Virus record (IMG/VR): IMGVR_UViG_3300048599_000281
Direction: 5' to 3' (one strand)
Origin: a virus
DNA length: 64,000 bases
Made by a program: the position numbers and the translations under genes. The notes beneath the pieces were generated by a model. The model had not been told where the DNA came from. It ran no database searches and saw only the letters and a list, made by a program, of their open reading frames with translations. Shown piece by piece: positions 37,217 through 44,513 of this stretch. Each line of letters begins with the position of its first letter. Position 1 is the stretch's first letter.

Positions 37217-37866
37217 TGGTTCAGGTCTGGTTCAATGGCCAGCTTGTCGGATCGCTGAAGCAAATTGATCCGGACGAGCTTGAAAGCCGCGTCAGCTACG
37301 GGGTGACGATCGGCGACGTGCTCTATTCAATCAATGTGACCCGAATGGGCCGGTTCTTGCCGAGAGAGGTGACGCCCTCTCCCGACGTTGCAGATTACGC
37401 AATTGTCGAGACCGATCATTACAGGGACGCGATCAGATATTCCTGGTTCGCGCTCGATCTGGAAGATCGGATGGCGCTTTATGAAGCCCTGTTCGACTCG
37501 CCGGATTTTGAACCGTTCGATGACACTCTCATTATTCCCGTTTCAGGTGATGAGATTGTCGCCGGCAGCATCGTCGCTGACAAGATTGCCGCGAGTATGA
37601 TTGCTGGCAGTCATGCCGGCGGCTTCGTTACTGATAAATTCTGGAACGACGAAGCTGAATCCAAGCCTATAACTCCGGAAACGCTCATCGAAATAATGAA
37701 GAAAATGGAGGCTGCGAGAATTCCGAGTGTCGCTTCGGAGATTATTCGATCCTCTCCCTTCATTCCCATTAAAATCGAAGATTCCGAGCCTCTCTATAAA
37801 ACGCGCTGGCCCACCGCTTTCAACTGGATCAGGTCCAAGTCTCTGATCAAAGCCGATATCGCATGA
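37216..37866 (+). CDS. Hypothetical protein
   Basis: 216-aa ORF, start overlapping the upstream stop. Confidence 0.68.
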   Translation: MVQVWFNGQLVGSLKQIDPDELESRVSYGVTIGDVLYSINVTRMGRFLPREVTPSPDVADYAIVETDHYRDAIRYSWFALDLEDRMALYEALFDSPDFEPFDDTLIIPVSGDEIVAGSIVADKIAASMIAGSHAGGFVTDKFWNDEAESKPITPETLIEIMKKMEAARIPSVASEIIRSSPFIPIKIEDSEPLYKTRWPTAFNWIRSKSLIKADIA

Positions 37867-38342
37867 CCAATATCGCCAAGAAATTCTCTCACAACGCCGC
37901 GACGCGGGACTTCTTCGAGCTGTTCGTCGGCGAGAAGCTCGGCGAGGGCTGCTATCGCACGGTCTATCGGCACAAGCTTGATCGCAATCTGGTCATCAAG
38001 TTCGAAACCGGCGCTCACTGCTTTGCCAATATCCGTGAATGGGAAGTCTGGAATCGCGTCGAATGCACCGATCACGCGCGCTGGTTCGCGCCGTGCAAGT
38101 GGATCTCGGCAAGCGGCGTCGTTCTTATTCAGGATCGCACCAAGAAGATCACCGGCGATGATCTTCCCCATCAGGTTCCAACCTATTTCTCCGACATCAA
38201 GCCGGCGAACTGGGGCCGGTTGAAGAACGGCGAGGTCGTCTGTCACGATTACGGCCAGCATCTTCTGATCGAGCGTGGTCTCACGAAGCGCCTGAAGCGG
38301 GTCACCAAATACGAACGCAGCCGGGGACACTCATCCACATGA
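37863..38342 (+). CDS. Minimal protein-kinase-fold protein
   Basis: G-loop LGEGCYRTVY, VIK lysine, catalytic-loop-like DIKPANWG, DFG-like HDYG. 159 aa. Confidence 0.68.
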   Translation: MTNIAKKFSHNAATRDFFELFVGEKLGEGCYRTVYRHKLDRNLVIKFETGAHCFANIREWEVWNRVECTDHARWFAPCKWISASGVVLIQDRTKKITGDDLPHQVPTYFSDIKPANWGRLKNGEVVCHDYGQHLLIERGLTKRLKRVTKYERSRGHSST

Positions 38343-38857
38343 CCACCATTGCTCTGTGCCGCAAGGCGCGCATCATGGCGTGCGATTCAGCCTGGTCCGA
38401 CGACAATTATCTGTTCGATCGCCAGGTCAAAATCTATCGCAACGCCTTCGACGTGATCTATGGATCTGCCGGCGACTGCACCGATCGCGACTTCCTGAAA
38501 TGGATGGAGACGATTCAGAAGCCGGCCGACTTCCCGATGGTGAAGGACTTCGAGCCCTATGTTCAGGACGGCGGCGACTTCACCGTGCTGATGTCGTTTC
38601 CGACCGGCGAGTGCTATTGGTTCAACAAGTGTAAGGACGACAACGAATCTTCGGCAACGATGGAGTTCTTCGAGATCCAGCGCCCCTTCATCGCGATTGG
38701 CTCCGGCCGGCTCGCCGCGATGGCCTCGATGTTCACTCAGCAGCGCCTGTGCAAGTCGATCGATCCGGTGATCGCGATCGAGGCCGCCTGCGATGTCGAC
38801 CGCAGTTCCTGCAAACCTGTGCATTTCCTCAAGCACCAGGCGCCCCTACCGAAATAG
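38339..38857 (+). CDS. HslV/proteasome-beta-like Ntn hydrolase
   Basis: N-terminal MTTIAL (Thr nucleophile after Met removal), GSAGD, IAIGSGRLAA. 172 aa. Confidence 0.68.
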   Translation: MTTIALCRKARIMACDSAWSDDNYLFDRQVKIYRNAFDVIYGSAGDCTDRDFLKWMETIQKPADFPMVKDFEPYVQDGGDFTVLMSFPTGECYWFNKCKDDNESSATMEFFEIQRPFIAIGSGRLAAMASMFTQQRLCKSIDPVIAIEAACDVDRSSCKPVHFLKHQAPLPK

Positions 38858-38892
38858 GGTCAGATTCCGTTAACCACTAAGCCCTATCCTCC

Positions 38893-38916
38893 GGTATAAC
38901 GATTTCGCTAAATCGT
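38893..38916 (+). promoter_or_regulatory. Candidate parA promoter -10 (GGTATAAC) overlapping the inverted repeat ACGATTTCGCTAAATCGT
   Basis: GCTANAWC-like box followed immediately by a 7-bp-arm palindrome containing a TCGCTA half-site. Confidence 0.5.
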
Positions 38917-38937
38917 GCCGGTGATTCGGAGAGGGCC

Positions 38938-39579
38938 ATGCTGGCAATTGCCTGCCTTTCGCAGAAAGGCGGCGTCGGGAAATCGACGCTCGCGCGACTG
39001 ATCGCACGCACCTACGCCGTCGGGAAATGGCGGGTAAAGATCGCGGATTTCAACGTCAAACAGAAAACCTCGGTGGATTGGGCCGCGACCCGCATGGCGC
39101 AGGGTGTGGAACCGGAGATCCAGGCCGAGGCCTTCACCGATGTCGCCAAGGCGCTCCGGGAGGACTTTGACCTGGTGGTGTTTGACGGCAAGCCGGATTC
39201 GGACATGCAGACGCTCCAGCTCGCGCGCGACGCCTCGCTCGCGGTCATTCCGACCGGCGTCTCGATCGACGACCTGATGCCGCAGGTGCGCTTCGCCAAC
39301 GAATTGAAGATGCGCGGAATTCCGCCCGAGAAGCTCCTGTTCGTGATCAACAAGACCACCGACAGCGCGGCCGCGACCGTCGACGCCAAGAACTTCATCA
39401 TCGCCGGCGGCTACCGTGTCGCGGTGGTGTCGCTGCCGATGAAGACCGCCTATGTGAATGCGCATAATTCCGGCCGCTGCGTCGCCGAGACCGATTTCCC
39501 GACGCTCAATGAGCGCGCCGAACAGCTTGCAGTCGAGATCGTGCGCGAGGCGACCAATCTAGGCAGGGCCGCTGCATGA
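38938..39579 (+). CDS. parA: ParA/Soj-family partition ATPase
   Basis: Deviant Walker A SQKGGVGKST. 213 aa. Confidence 0.9.
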   Translation: MLAIACLSQKGGVGKSTLARLIARTYAVGKWRVKIADFNVKQKTSVDWAATRMAQGVEPEIQAEAFTDVAKALREDFDLVVFDGKPDSDMQTLQLARDASLAVIPTGVSIDDLMPQVRFANELKMRGIPPEKLLFVINKTTDSAAATVDAKNFIIAGGYRVAVVSLPMKTAYVNAHNSGRCVAETDFPTLNERAEQLAVEIVREATNLGRAAA

Positions 39580-39869
39580 CCGAGGAGAAGAAATCGCTGG
39601 TGCCGCCTCCCCCGCCGCGCGGTCCACGCCGCGGGCTCCTGGTCGAGGTGCCCAAGACCGTCACGACACCGGACAACCTGTCGACGCCCAATTCCGGGCT
39701 CCAGGACATGAATTTCAAGGTGCCACCGGACTTTCATCGGGCGTTCAAGACGGCCGCAGTGATGCGCGGCATGAACATGAAAGAGCTGCTAGAAGCCAGC
39801 TTCCAGTGCTGGGTCGAGACCTACGGCGACGATCAGCTCAAGGCGTTTTTGCCGATGCTGAAGAAATAG
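39576..39869 (+). CDS. Ribbon-helix-helix partner protein (ParG-like centromere-binding candidate)
   Basis: 4-nt overlap with parA. C-terminal MNFKVPPDFHRAFKTAAVMRGMNMKELL RHH pattern. Disordered Pro-rich N-terminus. Confidence 0.72.
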   Translation: MTEEKKSLVPPPPPRGPRRGLLVEVPKTVTTPDNLSTPNSGLQDMNFKVPPDFHRAFKTAAVMRGMNMKELLEASFQCWVETYGDDQLKAFLPMLKK

Positions 39870-40026
39870 CCGTGCGAGATTGACGCTCGTGGTAGATTTT
39901 ATTCATGGTAATCTCGCGCTGCGCGAGGACTTGTCCAGCGGCTGAGTTCGGCTAATGATATTTGCAACGCGCTCCGTCGCATCTTCGCCCGTCAGTTCTG
40001 TCTAAAATCCGTTTTCATGATGTTGA

Positions 40027-40263
40027 TCAGTCGTCAGCGTCGGGGTTAAATGTGAGCGTGTAGCCACACCCGGCTAGGCAGCACCAATGCCCCGGATTGC
40101 TGTGGTGTTTGGTCAACTGCCAAAACCCCCGGTCATGTTTGCAACATTTGCCGCAAACGGTGCTGTGGTTATGGTCATATTTAAATGTGCCGGTTCCATT
40201 ACAAACCGCGCAATCAGATTTCGCGTTAGCCCTAGCGTGGTCGAGTGCATCCATCGGATCCAT
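40027..40263 (-). CDS. Cys/His-rich small protein
   Basis: 78 aa. CAVCNGTG zinc-finger-like motif. Visibly lower GC. Confidence 0.55.
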   Translation of the reverse strand: MDPMDALDHARANAKSDCAVCNGTGTFKYDHNHSTVCGKCCKHDRGFWQLTKHHSNPGHWCCLAGCGYTLTFNPDADD

Positions 40264-40278
40264 AACGTTGTACTCGTA

Positions 40279-40449
40279 TTATCGATTTAGGACTGCGCGG
40301 GTGCCCTGGAGAACGGCAAGCCAATATCTCGGTCGTATATCTTCGGCATGGGTGATGGATCTGCGCAGCAGTTCTTCGATGTAATCGAAGTCCTCGGCGT
40401 CGGCGTGTTTGAGCACCAAGGCCAGCCCATCCTTCTGCCATTGCTGCAT
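40279..40449 (-). CDS. Hypothetical small protein
   Basis: 56 aa from ATG 40449 with GGAGAG RBS. The upstream part of the track ORF is a different gene in another frame. Confidence 0.55.
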   Translation of the reverse strand: MQQWQKDGLALVLKHADAEDFDYIEELLRRSITHAEDIRPRYWLAVLQGTRAVLNR

Positions 40450-40478
40450 CGCAGTCTCTCCGTGGCGTTGTACGGCGG

Positions 40479-40613
40479 CTAATAGGTCGCGTTCAGCAGT
40501 GGCAGCGAAAAGAACCCGGCGGCGACCAGGATCACCACCACAATCACCAGAATGAAAAACGCCACAACACGCACGATGCGCGTGCCGATCAGCCATTTCA
40601 AAATCTCAATCAC
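40479..40613 (-). CDS. Small single-pass membrane protein
   Basis: GTG 40613 with AGGAG 7 nt upstream. VIEILKWLIGTRIVRVVAFFILVIVVVILVAAGFFSLPLLNATY. Below the ORF-track size cutoff. Confidence 0.45.
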   Translation of the reverse strand: MIEILKWLIGTRIVRVVAFFILVIVVVILVAAGFFSLPLLNATY

Positions 40614-40641
40614 CGCAATGCTCCTGTTCAGCGATGCGACT

Positions 40642-40650
40642 GATATAGCG
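40642..40650 (-). promoter_or_regulatory. -10-like box CGCTATATC
   Basis: Matches the alphaproteobacterial sigma-70-type GCTANAWC. 28 nt upstream of GTG 40613. Confidence 0.55.
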
Positions 40651-40669
40651 CTCGCTCGATAGGAGCTGC

Positions 40670-41050
40670 TCAGGCAGCGTTCGGCCGGAACAGCTTCGCG
40701 CCCTGGATCATCGGCTTGTAGTCGCGCGCCTCGTCGACGAAATCATGCGCCGTCTTCAAGGGCTCGTTGCTTTCCTCGTCGATCGCCTGCAGCGCCAACT
40801 GCCAGAAATACGAGCTGATCGCCGGGAAATTGAAGCCGTTGTGGCCATCGATCTCCTTGAGCCCGCGATAGATCACTTCCATCGACTCGGTGATGTTCTT
40901 GCTGAGCAGAGTCAGCGGGCGGATCCGCTCTTTCAGAACCCCGCTCGTGGTGAAGAAGCCATCGGAGAACTCGATCCAGTTCTTCTCAACCCTGGTAACC
41001 TGCCCGATCTTCATGTCGAACACGACCCAGTCATTGACCTTGTAGTTCAT
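40670..41050 (-). CDS. Hypothetical protein
   Basis: 126 aa from ATG 41050 with GGAG 9 nt upstream. Confidence 0.68.
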   Translation of the reverse strand: MNYKVNDWVVFDMKIGQVTRVEKNWIEFSDGFFTTSGVLKERIRPLTLLSKNITESMEVIYRGLKEIDGHNGFNFPAISSYFWQLALQAIDEESNEPLKTAHDFVDEARDYKPMIQGAKLFRPNAA

Positions 41051-41211
41051 CGCCTTTACTCCAGATTCATTGTCGGAATGACCGGGTGAGGCGGCGACAG
41101 CACACGCCGCTCTTTTCGTCTCACTGGGGCAAAGGCCAGTCTCTTGACGCTCACCCGGTCGAACCTCGACGAGGTCGTCGAAGCGCACACAGCACTCGCT
41201 TCGAAGATTAT

Positions 41212-41220
41212 GATATAGCG
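41212..41220 (-). promoter_or_regulatory. -10-like box CGCTATATC
   Basis: About 160 nt upstream of ATG 41050. The long leader has hairpin potential. Confidence 0.5.
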
Positions 41221-41253
41221 CGCTGTCGCTCGGGCTCGATCGCCGTCAGAGGG

Positions 41254-41721
41254 TTATGCGTCGACCCGTGACAGCAGGTAGCTGAGCATCCGGCGCCGCT
41301 GGTCTGCCTCATAGTCAGTCAGCAGCTCGTGGATCTTCAGGATCCCCTTCAGCTCATGATCGTCGGCCCGGATCGCCATGTGAACGTGCTCCGACGGCGC
41401 CAGCGTCACCGGCTCGGTCTGCACGATCTCATCGACAGGCAGCAGCTCATAGACCTCGTTGAAGGCGTCATCCTTCATGGCGCGCAACCACCCGTTCTGC
41501 TCCTCGACGATCCAGTCGCCAAAGAAAGCCTTGGAGCCAGACTTGGCGATCGTGAAATAGGGGTTCTGCCCGCCCTGGTAATAGAGCTTGCCCGTATTAA
41601 ACAGGGTGGAGATCCAGCCCCGTTCAGAAAAGCCAAAACGATGCGCACGAGCCAACGTCTCCGGCAGATGTGGCAAGCGCTGTCGGCGCCAACGATAGTC
41701 GTTAGGGGTTCCAAGAGCCAT
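41254..41721 (-). CDS. Hypothetical protein
   Basis: 155 aa from ATG 41721 with AAGGTG 6 nt upstream. Confidence 0.68.
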   Translation of the reverse strand: MALGTPNDYRWRRQRLPHLPETLARAHRFGFSERGWISTLFNTGKLYYQGGQNPYFTIAKSGSKAFFGDWIVEEQNGWLRAMKDDAFNEVYELLPVDEIVQTEPVTLAPSEHVHMAIRADDHELKGILKIHELLTDYEADQRRRMLSYLLSRVDA

Positions 41722-41737
41722 CAGAAGCACCTTTTCA

Positions 41738-41754
41738 ATCAGTCAGAACTGACG
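41738..41754. repeat. AGTCA-N4-TGACT family palindrome, copy 13
   Basis: ATCAGTCAGAACTGACG. Confidence 0.85.
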
Positions 41755-41757
41755 TTC

Positions 41758-41766
41758 AATATAGCG
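41758..41766 (-). promoter_or_regulatory. -10-like box CGCTATATT
   Basis: 3 nt upstream (in the sense direction) of palindrome copy 13. Confidence 0.55.
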
Positions 41767-42027
41767 CGGAAATCGACGGATGACAGATCCGGCAAGGACT
41801 GGAGAATTCCCGATCGGGCGCGGTCTCAGGACAGCGGACACCAGATGTCGATCCGCGAGCACCCGCAAGAAAGCCCCGTGGAATATAGGCCGGCAAGGAG
41901 TGGCGTAATCGGGTTGGCGACACAGGCGGCATAGGGATCGCGGGCGAAAAATCCCTCTAGGACTTCAGTGTCATTTTTATCACAGTCAAGCGCGGGATCG
42001 ATCGATGTGCGAAATTTATTTTCAGCG
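41767..42027 (-). ncRNA. Candidate non-coding transcript between two leftward promoter-like units
   Basis: About 260 nt with no credible ORF. A promoter-like unit (box + palindrome) lies at 42028-42059 and the next unit at 41738-41766. Confidence 0.25.
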
Positions 42028-42047
42028 ATCAGTCAGTAATGACTTGA
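42028..42047. repeat. AGTCA-N4-TGACT family palindrome, copy 14
   Basis: ATCAGTCAGTAATGACTTGA. Confidence 0.85.
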
Positions 42048-42051
42048 CGTG

Positions 42052-42059
42052 TAATAGCG
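42052..42059 (-). promoter_or_regulatory. -10-like box CGCTATTA
   Basis: Same box-plus-palindrome arrangement as at 41758, 55749 and 63724. Confidence 0.45.
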
Positions 42060-42124
42060 GAGCTCTAAGCTGCATCTATCGACGTTGAATCAACAACGCG
42101 ATGCAACACAAGAGAGATACGACA

Positions 42125-42730
42125 ATGTCTAAGAAGCAAGACGCATACAACGCGACTCGTGAAGCTGCATTCGATTCGCGCGTCGAATACGAGACTGCAA
42201 AGAACGCGAACAACGCGAACATGCAGAAGACGCTCGCAGACATGCGCAAGCTTTTCGCGAACGACAAGATTGCTAGCATCATGCTCGCGTGCAACGTCGA
42301 TGCGAATTTCATCAATCGCAACGAGCGCAACAACGCACGCTACAACGTGTATGCAGCAGAGAAAGTCGCGAACGTCGCGCGCTATCTCGCGAAAGTCGCG
42401 TCGCTGAATCACTACTCTCTCGCAATCATCAAGACAGCGCACGCGCTTGAACGCGCTTCGCTCAAGATGACGCACAAAGACGCTGCACGCGCTTGCACGA
42501 ATGACAGCAAGCTTTCTGACAAGACGCGCGAAGCTATCGTGTCGAAGTGCTGCTACGCTAAGACAGTCGCAGCGAATACAACGTCGACTCAGTCGTCGTC
42601 GTCAATCAACGCTTTGCAGACATTCAATGTCTTGAGCGAAGCGCGCGATGAAAATAACAACGTCGTCTATACGCTGAATCGCGAAAGCGATGCGACAAAG
42701 CAGATTCTCTCTGCGCTCGAATTGCAATAA
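42125..42730 (+). CDS. Gly/Pro/Trp-free protein, paralogue of 45342..46220
   Basis: 201 aa from ATG 42125 (GG-free RBS AAGAGAGA). Aligns with the 45342..46220 product, e.g. IMLACNV..ARYNVYAAEKVANVARYL vs VMIACTV..SRYNVYAIGKLADLVRGL, and TQSSSSINALQTF vs TQASSTMQALETL. Confidence 0.7.
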   Translation: MSKKQDAYNATREAAFDSRVEYETAKNANNANMQKTLADMRKLFANDKIASIMLACNVDANFINRNERNNARYNVYAAEKVANVARYLAKVASLNHYSLAIIKTAHALERASLKMTHKDAARACTNDSKLSDKTREAIVSKCCYAKTVAANTTSTQSSSSINALQTFNVLSEARDENNNVVYTLNRESDATKQILSALELQ

Positions 42731-42739
42731 CGCGACAAC

Positions 42740-42765
42740 GTGAAGCGCGCGAAAGCGCGCTTCAC
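42740..42765 (+). other. Intercistronic GG/CC-free hairpin
   Basis: GTGAAGCGCGC-GAAA-GCGCGCTTCAC, an 11-bp perfect stem with no T-run. Confidence 0.7.
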
Positions 42766-42798
42766 TCTCGCAAGATGCAAACACAAGAGAGATTGCAA

Positions 42799-43032
42799 AT
42801 GTCGAACAAGTCAAAGACTCTCACGTTGATTCGCGACGTGTCGCGCAAGATGAAAGCGAACACGCGCGAAGCGTCGCTTCTTTTGTCGCTCGATTATGAC
42901 GAATGCGAAGCGCAAGAATATCGTCGCGCTTGCGAGCGCGAGCAAACGAGCGACACAATGTCTGACGACTCGATTGCGTTTCATGCGCAGATGATTCGCT
43001 ATCATCGCAATCGCGCAAAGCTAGTGTTCTGA
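42799..43032 (+). CDS. Small Gly/Pro/Trp-free protein
   Basis: 77 aa from ATG 42799. Its leader ATGCAAACACAAGAGAGATTGCAAATG is nearly identical to that of the preceding gene. Confidence 0.6.
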   Translation: MSNKSKTLTLIRDVSRKMKANTREASLLLSLDYDECEAQEYRRACEREQTSDTMSDDSIAFHAQMIRYHRNRAKLVF

Positions 43033-43036
43033 CAAA

Positions 43037-43072
43037 ACCGCCACAGTGGCTCGATAGACTCACTGTGGCGGT
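43037..43072. terminator. Hairpin between convergent units (T-run only on the minus-strand side)
   Basis: ACCGCCACAGTG-N12-CACTGTGGCGGT. The minus-strand reading is followed by TTTTGTC. Confidence 0.6.
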
Positions 43073-43360
43073 CCAGCCACACGGCGCCTCCCGCGGCATA
43101 TCCGCCACACTGCCTCATCGCCGCCACGTCATCCAATAGCCACGTCACTGCCCAGCCACATGGCTTCCCGACCACATGGCATTTCCGCCATGTGTCCCTC
43201 GGGCCATGTGGCTTTTCCGTATGGGGCAGTGCCCCATGGGATCCCGCGGCGGCTCGGGGCGCCAAGGGGCCATTCGGCCAGTCCCATGGACCCTACCGGT
43301 TCCTAAAATCGCCGGCGCCCCACACCATGAGCGCCGACGCCTTTAGTCGCCTTTGTTCCT
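43073..43360. repeat. Noncoding array A: GCCAC(A/G)(C/T)(G) and CCATGG-type words
   Basis: GCCACACGG, GCCACACTG, GCCACGTCA x2 and CCACATGG x2 at roughly 16-26 bp spacing, then inverted CCATGTG x2 and CCCATGG x2. Ends with GGTTCCTA words. Confidence 0.8.
43281..43305 (+). repeat. 25-bp direct repeat GTCCCATGGACCCTACCGGTTCCTA, copy 1
   Basis: Identical to 45222-45246. Confidence 0.9.
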
Positions 43361-43670
43361 AAGCCGCTCGACTGAGCCCGATATATTCGCCATTCGGCTT
43401 GCCCCACTCTCTCCAGGGCAGACAGACATTCGGCAGCTTCTGCAGGCGTCGGTAATATTCCCGCAGGATCCGCGTCACCATCCGGGCCTCGGTGAGCGTG
43501 CGGCACTTGATCGGCGCTTCGAACAGGAACAGCGGCATCCACGCCACCCGCTTCAGACGGAGCGAGTATTCGTGGATCAGCACCGCGCCATCGATCACGA
43601 ACTCGATGGCGTCGCCGTTGGCGTTGAACTTGGTGGGACGGGCCTTTGCCTTGATCTTGAGCTTAGACAT
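43359..43670 (-). CDS. Hypothetical protein
   Basis: 103-aa ORF, overlapping the upstream gene by 8 nt. Confidence 0.62.
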   Translation of the reverse strand: MSKLKIKAKARPTKFNANGDAIEFVIDGAVLIHEYSLRLKRVAWMPLFLFEAPIKCRTLTEARMVTRILREYYRRLQKLPNVCLPWREWGKPNGEYIGLSRAA

Positions 43671-43842
43671 CGAGCCCCTCCACTGCGCAATAGGCGCCGA
43701 TGATCACCATGCCGTGCGGGCGTGGTGCGTAGGGCGCGATTTCGACTGCCTCGGCGCAGAGCTCCGAAGCGACGTGCTGGCGCATGGCGACGGGCTCACA
43801 GGTGCCGCCGAACATGCAGAGGATGACGAACAGGGTTTCCAT
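43663..43842 (-). CDS. Hypothetical small protein
   Basis: 59 aa from ATG 43842, 5 nt after the upstream stop. Confidence 0.5.
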   Translation of the reverse strand: METLFVILCMFGGTCEPVAMRQHVASELCAEAVEIAPYAPRPHGMVIIGAYCAVEGLDV

Positions 43843-43847
43843 GTGCG

Positions 43848-43943
43848 TCAGTCCAGCATCATGACGGCGGTGAGAGCTGCGGCGCCGGCGAGCAAGGTCG
43901 ACCCGAGGAACCAGCAGATATCGATGGTGAAGAATTTGAGCAT
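43848..43943 (-). CDS. Tiny membrane peptide
   Basis: MLKFFTIDICWFLGSTLLAGAAALTAVMMLD. Leader GATGCAAACACGGAGAGCACAAATG. Confidence 0.4.
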   Translation of the reverse strand: MLKFFTIDICWFLGSTLLAGAAALTAVMMLD

Positions 43944-43993
43944 TTGTGCTCTCCGTGTTTGCATCACACAGACAGCATGACAGCGCCGGCGTC

Positions 43994-44006
43994 GGATTGC
44001 GGGTGG
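43994..44006 (-). promoter_or_regulatory. CCWACCGCAWTCC-type upstream box (CCACCCGCAATCC)
   Basis: 29 nt upstream of the ATGCAAAC leader. Confidence 0.5.
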
Positions 44007-44166
44007 TCTCGGTAGGCACGTTGAGGCCTGGTGAGATCGGACCTGGCCTGCGGCCGACAGAGGCCTAAGCCCCATGGACCTCCCTTCTTCCTGTACTTCC
44101 CGCCACGGAGTAGTCAGCTCCGTGCAGGTTACGGGGACGGATCAGAAGCGCGCTACGCGCCGCGGT

Positions 44167-44340
44167 TCAAAGCGACTTCATGGCTTCACCATTTTTCATG
44201 CGTTCAAATCTTCGACGCACCTTCTCCAGCGCGTCGCTGTATTCCTTCTGCTTCGCCTCGGTCTCACCCGCGCCATCGATGGCGACATCGGCGAGTTCAA
44301 GCACCTTGCGGAGCGCCTCGGCATCGACGAGGATCTTCAT
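44167..44340 (-). CDS. Hypothetical small protein
   Basis: 57 aa from ATG 44340 (ATGA overlap, GGAG RBS). Confidence 0.55.
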   Translation of the reverse strand: MKILVDAEALRKVLELADVAIDGAGETEAKQKEYSDALEKVRRRFERMKNGEAMKSL

Positions 44341-44513
44341 GGCGTCTGCTCCATTGCCGCCTTGGTGTGTTTCAGGGCGGTGAGAATTCGGGATCGGGTC
44401 TTCGGCAACCCGACGGCATCCTTCAGCGCGCAGCGGAGAGCTTCCCGTGCCGGAGCATAGGCTCCGCATTTCAGGAGCTCGCGCGCGATGGTGAGATTCA
44501 GTTCGAGGAGCAT
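44337..44513 (-). CDS. Hypothetical small protein
   Basis: 58 aa, MLLELNLTIARELLKCGAYAPAREALRC.. TGATG and ATGA overlaps on both ends. Below the track cutoff. Confidence 0.5.
   Translation of the reverse strand: MLLELNLTIARELLKCGAYAPAREALRCALKDAVGLPKTRSRILTALKHTKAAMEQTP

Larger units (their letters stand above)
42061..43037 (+). other. 977-bp tract containing no GG and no CC dinucleotide
   Basis: Line-by-line reading found zero GG/CC between the GG at 42059-60 and the CC at 43038-39. The tract covers two ORFs, their leaders and an intercistronic hairpin. Confidence 0.9.

Noticed and set aside
42065-42475. 136-aa minus-strand ORF inside the GG/CC-free tract
   Set aside because: The plus-strand frame has a paralogue elsewhere in the window and a duplicated leader and RBS. 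The minus-strand translation is Arg/Val/Cys-rich, with no start context.
43002-43265. 87-aa minus-strand ORF across array A (also 44896..45228 -, 44987..45247 + and 46217..46933 - across arrays B and C)
   Set aside because: The Trp/Pro/Gly-rich translations are by-products of the CCA/TGG/CCATGG repeat words. There is no RBS, and frames are open on both strands. I treat these regions as noncoding repeats.
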